A DNA stretch of 64,000 nucleotides from Clostridium thermobutyricum (GTDB lineage: Bacteria > Bacillota > Clostridia > Ch29). The stretch covers positions 619 to 64,618 of the forward strand of contig JAENYX010000012.1 in NCBI GenBank assembly GCA_016841565.1. The letters are read 5' to 3'. Within the stretch, counting starts at the first letter, position 1; every line of letters begins with the position of its first letter. Positions 58,371 to 64,000 of this stretch are shown here, in pieces. Both the position numbers and the translations under genes were made by a program. Below the pieces are notes generated by a model. It was not told the DNA's origin and did no database searches. It worked only from the letters and a program-made list of their open reading frames with translations.

Positions 58371-58787
58371 CTATCTTAACTTTTCCTGGTCCTCTCCATC
58401 GCTTGCTTTCTCCATAGTCACTCCCTGGACATGTATGTTTACTTCAATAACATTAAGCCCGGTCATGGTCTCTACCGCTTTTTTAACCTTCTCCTGTACC
58501 TCCCAGGCAACCTCGGGTATTTTAATCCCATAGTCCATCACTACATGTAAATCTATGGTAACTTCATTTTCTCCTATATTAACCTTGACACCCTTGGATT
58601 GGTTTTTCCTGCCCAGAAGCTCGGCAATACCTCCGGCTATTCCGCCGCTCATACCGGCAACTCCCTTAACTTCGGTGGCCGCCAGCCCTGAAATAATGGA
58701 TACTACATCATCCGATATCTTAACGGTGCCTATATCTTCGGAATCCTGTTTTATGTTATCCGTCATGTTTTCACCCCCACCGTTCAT
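58371..58787 (-). CDS. Asp23/Gls24 family alkaline-shock protein
   Basis: 138 aa, ..DDVVSIISGLAATEVKGVAGM.. Asp23 signature. Confidence 0.85.
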   Translation of the reverse strand: MNGGGENMTDNIKQDSEDIGTVKISDDVVSIISGLAATEVKGVAGMSGGIAGGIAELLGRKNQSKGVKVNIGENEVTIDLHVVMDYGIKIPEVAWEVQEKVKKAVETMTGLNVIEVNIHVQGVTMEKASDGEDQEKLR

Positions 58788-58838
58788 GCTAACCTTATCA
58801 CTAATTATACCAAATGGATTGTACCTTTACAAATAATT

Positions 58839-59474
58839 CTATTGCTTTTCCATAATCTTAATATTTTCTATGTCAACCTTGGCTTCACGGGTAACTATGT
58901 CTTTAATTTGTGCTACCTGCGCCTGTGTGAGCTTTTCAGAATTTACGATAATGTTTATTGACTCCTCGCCCATTATAACAAGAGCATCCTTAAATCCCTT
59001 TGCTTTTATCAGGCTTTCTATTATACTCTCGGTTTCGCTTCTCTTTATCAGTGAAAGCATCTCGGTCTGCGCCATTTCCTTAATATTATTATCAATGTTC
59101 TGGTCCTCTACTATGCCATTTAACGTTTCTATATAGAAGCTTCTGTTCTTGTTCCTGTCCAGCCGTGATTGTATGAAAAAGCTGGATGCCGCCAAGTTTG
59201 CCGCACTTGTTTCCACTCCTTCTTCGATTTCTATGTTTCCAGTATCCTCGCTGTCCATAGCCAAATCACCCTCGGGCTCTTCTATATTTCCTTCTTCGAA
59301 GTCTTCACCCTCGACAAAGGTAAGATTGTTATCACTAGCTATTTCTCTTCCGATATTGTGATTGACCACAGCAACAACAACCAGTAATAGCACCAGGAAC
59401 GACAGTACCACTGTCTTCCTTCTCAATACCATCATATCACCAATCCTCCCATTTTTGATGCGGAGACACGTCAC
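58839..59474 (-). CDS. spoIIIAH: Stage III sporulation protein AH
   Basis: N-terminal TM anchor, acidic linker, C-terminal YscJ/FliF-like domain. Last gene of the spoIIIA operon. Confidence 0.8.
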   Translation of the reverse strand: MTCLRIKNGRIGDMMVLRRKTVVLSFLVLLLVVVAVVNHNIGREIASDNNLTFVEGEDFEEGNIEEPEGDLAMDSEDTGNIEIEEGVETSAANLAASSFFIQSRLDRNKNRSFYIETLNGIVEDQNIDNNIKEMAQTEMLSLIKRSETESIIESLIKAKGFKDALVIMGEESINIIVNSEKLTQAQVAQIKDIVTREAKVDIENIKIMEKQ

Positions 59475-59512
59475 ATCGGCCTTACACTATTTTAGCCAAT
59501 GTCCCCTAATAA

Positions 59513-60100
59513 TTACTTTGGATAAACCTTCACCCTGAATGCGGATACCCCCAGGACCGTCTGTACCGCTTCGGTAAGCCGCTCAATTACCACCGGGCTC
59601 TCTGCGCCTTCTGCAACTACTATTACTCCCAACACCTCCGGCATGACCTCTTTTACTATGAATGGCTGGTCTTGTGCACTGCTGCTGTTTTTAAGAACCA
59701 CCTTTTTGTCTGTGCTGTTTTGCATAACCGTTCTTGTTCCCCCGTCTCCATCCCTTTCATCGGTCTGGCTTTCGGATTCCACTGTGTTTAGCGCCGGAAC
59801 AACCTCTTTGCCCGCCTTCAGGGTTATCATTACCGAGACCTCTCCAACTCCTGCGATTTGTTGCAGTATACTTTTAAGCTTGCTTTCCAGTTGCTCCTCG
59901 TACGTCACCTGGGAAATTGATTGTCTATTTAATTGTATGTCTGTTCCCTCAATACTATTTCTATTCTGTTTGCTATTGGTAAAAAAAGTACCCGAGGAAA
60001 TAACCAGTATGGCTGCAACCAAAGATACGATTAATAGGTTCTGAAGCAATTTTTTGGTACCCATATTGTACAGTTTTTCCTTAATTGTATTAAAATCCAT
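59513..60100 (-). CDS. spoIIIAG: Stage III sporulation protein AG
   Basis: 195 aa, N-terminal TM helix plus C-terminal ring-building motif domain. Operon position. Confidence 0.8.
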   Translation of the reverse strand: MDFNTIKEKLYNMGTKKLLQNLLIVSLVAAILVISSGTFFTNSKQNRNSIEGTDIQLNRQSISQVTYEEQLESKLKSILQQIAGVGEVSVMITLKAGKEVVPALNTVESESQTDERDGDGGTRTVMQNSTDKKVVLKNSSSAQDQPFIVKEVMPEVLGVIVVAEGAESPVVIERLTEAVQTVLGVSAFRVKVYPK

Positions 60101-60128
60101 AATGCTTAACCCCCTTTACCTGTCCTTC

Positions 60129-60758
60129 CTATTGTAAAACTATTTCTATACTTTCAACGGGCAAATTGTATGTACCGGCAAGAAACTCTGCCATTTGCTG
60201 CTGTCTTTGTTCTTTTTGCTTTGTTGGTTCTGCTGCCTGTTGCTCATCCGAATGGGTATCCACCTTTATCTCTACCTTATCCACCTTTATATCCCCACCC
60301 CGTTTATCGGTTTTTGACGCCTCCATGACAACCACCCTGATGCCGGTGATACTGCCGAAGCTGTCGGCACCGTACTCCCCGTCCACAACCACCTCGGCCT
60401 GCACCCGCTCGGCCAGCCCGGCATTTACAATATCGTCTTCTATTTGCTTTGCCAGATTGCTTTTGTAAAGTGTGACTATTCCTTCCTTGTTACCCTCCTC
60501 CAAACTTTTTACCTGCATGCTTACATCCCTTAAGGAAATAGCCCTGGATGCTTCCTGGATGCTTAGGCCCAAGTCGAATTCCCCCGCCATAATACTGACA
60601 AAGGGGCTTATTATTACAAACATCACCATCAGTCCGATAACAAGGCTGATATATTTTCTAGTACTGCCGCTTGGCATCAAAATCTCAACAATGGTAACAA
60701 ATATCATGGTTACAACTATATTTAATATCCATTCCCGCAGAAATCCCAAAGCATTCAC
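60129..60758 (-). CDS. spoIIIAF: Stage III sporulation protein AF
   Basis: 209 aa, two N-terminal TM helices. Operon position. Confidence 0.8.
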   Translation of the reverse strand: MNALGFLREWILNIVVTMIFVTIVEILMPSGSTRKYISLVIGLMVMFVIISPFVSIMAGEFDLGLSIQEASRAISLRDVSMQVKSLEEGNKEGIVTLYKSNLAKQIEDDIVNAGLAERVQAEVVVDGEYGADSFGSITGIRVVVMEASKTDKRGGDIKVDKVEIKVDTHSDEQQAAEPTKQKEQRQQQMAEFLAGTYNLPVESIEIVLQ

Positions 60759-61943
60759 CTACCTCATCATAAGAGCGGCATTTCCGGCTCCGACAATTAT
60801 GGTTACCGATATAAAGAACATAAGTGCCACCGATGCTACAGTTGCGAACAGCAGCAGAAGGCTGCCGGCCATTTCATTGAGGCACCGGACCAGCTGTCCC
60901 TCGGCCACCGGTTCAATAACGGCTGCACACACCTTATAAATAAGGACAAGTGATATAATTTTCAGTATAGGAAAAGCCACTATAACAAACAGAGATATCA
61001 ATCCAAAGGCGCCGACGGCATTCTTTATAAGCAGTGAGCACCCTACTATGGTATCCACAGCATCCGAAAAGAACCCTCCTACTATGGGCACAAAATTATC
61101 CACTGCATATTTGGCAGTCCTTATGGATACCCCGTCTATGGTGGATGCAGTCACTCCCTGTATGGTCATTATTCCTATGAATACCGTTAGCACAAGCCCT
61201 ATAAAAACTATACAGCTCTGTTTGAGCAGCGATGACAGCCGTGAAAGGTGAAATTTTTCCGACATATTGTTTACAATGGCAAGTATGGCCGAGAAAAATA
61301 TTACCGGCAGCAGAACGTTTTTGAACATGGTGCTGAAAAAGCCAATTGATACGGCAATAATAGGCTGCAGCAAAGCCATGGAGGTGATGCCCCCCATAAC
61401 TGCCAGCAAAGCCAATAGAGTTGGCAGAAATACCTGCATGAACACAACCATGCTGTCAATGGTTGAAGAGCCTACCTCCAGAGCCGCCCAGAAGCTTTGC
61501 ACCGCAATAGCTGTTAATACAAGCATACAGGTCATCCGTGCAAGCTCGCTCACCGCCCCGTTTCCGAAGGAATCCTGTATATTGCAAAGCACCGCATACA
61601 CAATAGACAGTACCACAAGCTTTACAAGCAGGTTTATGTTTGCCAGCACCTGCGCAAACAGGTACCTCCCCATACCTGACATTACATCCCCCGGTGATAT
61701 TCCCACCTCACCCCTTACAAGCCCTTTTACAAGGTCAACGGCGTTTAACCGCGGCATATACCGGTCTACTTCCTGGTTCAGGCTGTCCAGTATGCCCTGC
61801 ATGTCCTCCAGGTTGAGATTGTCTATCTGGGACTCTATCAGACCCTCCCCTGCCTGGATTTCCTGCCCGGCAGCCCATGTACAGACTGAGGGAAATATTA
61901 TGAATACCATGGTTAGCAATACAATTACAGCCCAATTCTTCAA
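60759..61943 (-). CDS. spoIIIAE: Stage III sporulation protein AE
   Basis: Polytopic permease-like protein. Start proposed at TTG 61941-61943 (GGGAGG RBS 9 nt upstream, signal-like LKNWAVIVLLTMVF..). The longer ATG form overlaps spoIIIAD by 127 nt. Confidence 0.8.
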   Translation of the reverse strand: MKNWAVIVLLTMVFIIFPSVCTWAAGQEIQAGEGLIESQIDNLNLEDMQGILDSLNQEVDRYMPRLNAVDLVKGLVRGEVGISPGDVMSGMGRYLFAQVLANINLLVKLVVLSIVYAVLCNIQDSFGNGAVSELARMTCMLVLTAIAVQSFWAALEVGSSTIDSMVVFMQVFLPTLLALLAVMGGITSMALLQPIIAVSIGFFSTMFKNVLLPVIFFSAILAIVNNMSEKFHLSRLSSLLKQSCIVFIGLVLTVFIGIMTIQGVTASTIDGVSIRTAKYAVDNFVPIVGGFFSDAVDTIVGCSLLIKNAVGAFGLISLFVIVAFPILKIISLVLIYKVCAAVIEPVAEGQLVRCLNEMAGSLLLLFATVASVALMFFISVTIIVGAGNAALMMR

Positions 61944-61957
61944 TACTATTACCTCCC

Positions 61958-62350
61958 TCAGGGGATTATCTGTATTATCAGTTCCATCAAAGCCATTAGT
62001 ATGGGTACTGCCAGAACAAGTATGATGACCTTCCCCGCCAGTTCTATTTTTGAGGCTATTGAGTTTTCCCCGGCATCCTTGCATACCTGCGCCCCAAACT
62101 CTGCTATATATGCTATGCCTACTATCCTGAATATTGTGGATATGTATGCCATATCAATATTTATTCTCTGTGTAAAGCTGCGGAGCTCTTCCAGCACCGA
62201 TGCAAGCTTGAATATTACTAGAAAAAATATCAGCAGACCCGTTGCAACACTGATCTGCAGCGCAATCTCAGGCCTGTACTGTCTTATCACCACTGCAAGA
62301 ATAACAGCTATTATACTAATGGCAACAATCTGAATAATCTCCAACTGCAT
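61958..62350 (-). CDS. spoIIIAD: Stage III sporulation protein AD
   Basis: 130 aa, 4 TM helices. Operon position. Confidence 0.85.
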   Translation of the reverse strand: MQLEIIQIVAISIIAVILAVVIRQYRPEIALQISVATGLLIFFLVIFKLASVLEELRSFTQRINIDMAYISTIFRIVGIAYIAEFGAQVCKDAGENSIASKIELAGKVIILVLAVPILMALMELIIQIIP

Positions 62351-62358
62351 CCCATCCT

Positions 62359-62562
62359 TTAGTAGAGCTGAAATATTGTTCTGACGTTTTCGAACAATTG
62401 GCTAATCATCTGTATTATCATGGTAAGCACTACAATCAACCCGCCCAGGGCTGCCATAAGAGCCAACTCTTCTCTTCCGGTATTCTTAAGTACAAGATAC
62501 AAGGCCGCCACCAGAATACCAATGGCTCCTATCCTGAATATTATGTTTACATCCATACCCAT
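62359..62562 (-). CDS. spoIIIAC: Stage III sporulation protein AC
   Basis: 67 aa, two TM helices. Operon position. Confidence 0.85.
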   Translation of the reverse strand: MGMDVNIIFRIGAIGILVAALYLVLKNTGREELALMAALGGLIVVLTMIIQMISQLFENVRTIFQLY

Positions 62563-62569
62563 TCTCCTC

Positions 62570-63088
62570 TCAGACTAGAAGTGTTACAAGCGCGGCTCCC
62601 AATAGGAACCCCAGGTTTTTGCACAACCTTTCGTTCCTGTTACGCTGCTCCTCTGCCTTTACCTGCTGTGCCTCCAGTTGAAATTTTGCCAGCCTGAAGT
62701 TCTTTTCCTGGTTCTCTTTGTCGGTGGAGCCGAGAGTTTTCCCGAAACTCCGGATTATGTCAATATCTTCCCTGTTCAAACACAAAAGGCCCTGGGTTTG
62801 GTCAATGGCCATACACCAGACCTCTCCGGCAGTGTGTCCCGTCCTCTTCTCCAGAATCTGCCCCATCGCGGTAAACACCCTGTCCATCGGCCTCTCAAGC
62901 CTTGCTGACGTTCTTTGCACTGCCTGAGGCAGCGGAGTTGACGTATACAGAATCTCGCTTTCCAATATTTGCAGAGCATGCTGAAAAGCCCTCAGCTCTC
63001 TCACCCTCCTGCCATAACCGGTAGCCACAATATATCCGCCTGAGGTCCAGCATACCAATATAACAAGACAACCAATTACTTTAATCAT
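62570..63088 (-). CDS. spoIIIAB: Stage III sporulation protein AB
   Basis: Start taken at MIKVIGCLVILV.. (ATG 63086-63088), adjacent to the spoIIIAA stop. The upstream in-frame extension overlaps spoIIIAA. Confidence 0.8.
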   Translation of the reverse strand: MIKVIGCLVILVCWTSGGYIVATGYGRRVRELRAFQHALQILESEILYTSTPLPQAVQRTSARLERPMDRVFTAMGQILEKRTGHTAGEVWCMAIDQTQGLLCLNREDIDIIRSFGKTLGSTDKENQEKNFRLAKFQLEAQQVKAEEQRNRNERLCKNLGFLLGAALVTLLV

Positions 63089-63090
63089 CC

Positions 63091-63987
63091 TTAAGCTCCT
63101 CCAAAACCCGATATTTTTTTGCCCTTTGAGGCGTCCATTACCTCCTCCACCGTCCCGGGTCCCTTCCTCCTGCTGAGAACTATTACCCTTTCGAATATGC
63201 CGTTCCGCATCAACTTGCCTATTACCTGTTTCCGAAGAACATCCTCCAAGTCCCACCCGTGTACGGTAGTTATTATGTTTACACCGGCACTTATTGCTTC
63301 CTCTATTGCAGCAAGATCCTCCGGCCTGCCCAGTTCGTCGGTCGCAATAACCTTAGGGGACATGGACCTGATAAGCATCATCATTCCCTGAGCCTTAGGG
63401 CATGCGTCCAGTACATCGGTTCTTATACCTATCCTGTTCTGGGGTATCCCCCTGTAACACCCGGCCAGTTCCGACCGTTCATCCACAACGCCCACTTTGA
63501 CGCCTTTAAAACCCAAAGACGGTATACCATCACTTAGCTGCCTGATTATATCCCTCAGCAAAGTGGTCTTTCCGCATTGCGGCGGCGAGATTATCAGGGT
63601 ATTGTACACGCTGCCTGTCCCTCTTATAAGGCTTGGCAAAAGAGCGCTGCTGCAACCTATAACCTGCCTTGAAATCCTTATGTTAAGCCCGGATATATCC
63701 TTTATGGTCTTAACCCTGCCGCCCTCGGTAACCACCTTTCCCACCACTCCGACTCTGTGACCGCCCCTTATGGTAATATATCCATTACGCAGTTCATCCT
63801 CTATGGAATATATGGAACAATCACACATAAGCTGAAGCGCCTTTGCTGTATCCTCGGCCGATATGATATAAGCCCTGGCTTTGTTGCTGCTTATTCTCCC
63901 GTCCCCTGTAATATATGCGCTGTCTCCGCTGCCGTATATGATAAACGGCGCCCCGGCTTTCAGCCTAAACTCCTCAATGCACTCCAA
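63091..63987 (-). CDS. spoIIIAA: Stage III sporulation protein AA (AAA+/secretion-ATPase-like)
   Basis: Walker A ..ISPPQCGKTTLLRD.. and Walker B ..KVIATDELG... The N-terminus may extend beyond the window end. Confidence 0.85.
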   Translation of the reverse strand: MECIEEFRLKAGAPFIIYGSGDSAYITGDGRISSNKARAYIISAEDTAKALQLMCDCSIYSIEDELRNGYITIRGGHRVGVVGKVVTEGGRVKTIKDISGLNIRISRQVIGCSSALLPSLIRGTGSVYNTLIISPPQCGKTTLLRDIIRQLSDGIPSLGFKGVKVGVVDERSELAGCYRGIPQNRIGIRTDVLDACPKAQGMMMLIRSMSPKVIATDELGRPEDLAAIEEAISAGVNIITTVHGWDLEDVLRKQVIGKLMRNGIFERVIVLSRRKGPGTVEEVMDASKGKKISGFGGA

Positions 63988-64000
63988 TTCTCCGGGAGAG

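Noticed and set aside
1-64000. CRISPR arrays, tRNA/rRNA genes, intact IS elements, prophage or defence-island signatures
   Set aside because: No regularly spaced direct repeats, no cloverleaf-compatible conserved tRNA motifs (GGTTCGA.TCC), and no transposase, integrase or RT ORFs. The only recombinase is the housekeeping xerD. The GIY-YIG protein is a small stand-alone UPF0213-type protein, not a homing endonuclease with a DNA-binding domain.

Overview
This 64-kb window of low-GC Gram-positive DNA looks like a sporulating Clostridia-type Firmicute, judged from gene content and synteny alone. Coding density is high, and all confident genes except two sit on the minus strand (the plus-strand exceptions are a PucR/GAF regulator and a LysE exporter). 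The largest block, from about 44.4 kb to the end, is a conserved sporulation and housekeeping syntenic run, listed low to high coordinate: spo0A, spoIVB, recN, argR, nadK, tlyA, dxs, an OapA-like membrane gene, a ~600-nt ORF-free structured RNA, a divergent-PAP2 gene, ispA, xseB, xseA, a Kae1/TsaD paralog, nusB, asp23, and spoIIIAH back to spoIIIAA. The window appears to end inside or just at the start of spoIIIAA. The ORF-free RNA sits exactly where OLE (ornate large extremophilic) RNA is found in published genomes, which supports calling it OLE. The first 30 kb carries housekeeping and sporulation-associated genes: a LysR regulator, Asp racemase and Glu/Asp symporter; speE and speB; rluB; two PBP5-type DD-carboxypeptidases (dacB-like and dacF-like); ytfI and ytfJ; scpA and scpB; trpS; a site-2 protease; a CCA-adding enzyme; xerD, deoB and pdp; ald; spoIIM; and nudF. 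Blocks that look accessory: a PucR/GAF regulator divergent from a transporter plus two M20 amidohydrolases; a translationally coupled flavoprotein and Fe-S/FAD-NAD oxidoreductase pair; a five-gene steA-associated glycosyltransferase cluster; and a 6.7-kb stretch (glnS, lipoprotein, Dabb, GIY-YIG, LysE, Dph6-like ATPase, DUF4180) bracketed by two ~120-bp near-identical inverted repeats. Next to that stretch lies a multiply frameshifted glycerophosphodiester phosphodiesterase pseudogene. No rRNA, tRNA, CRISPR array or intact transposase was seen. Several intrinsic terminators and regulatory palindromes can be read directly from the sequence.
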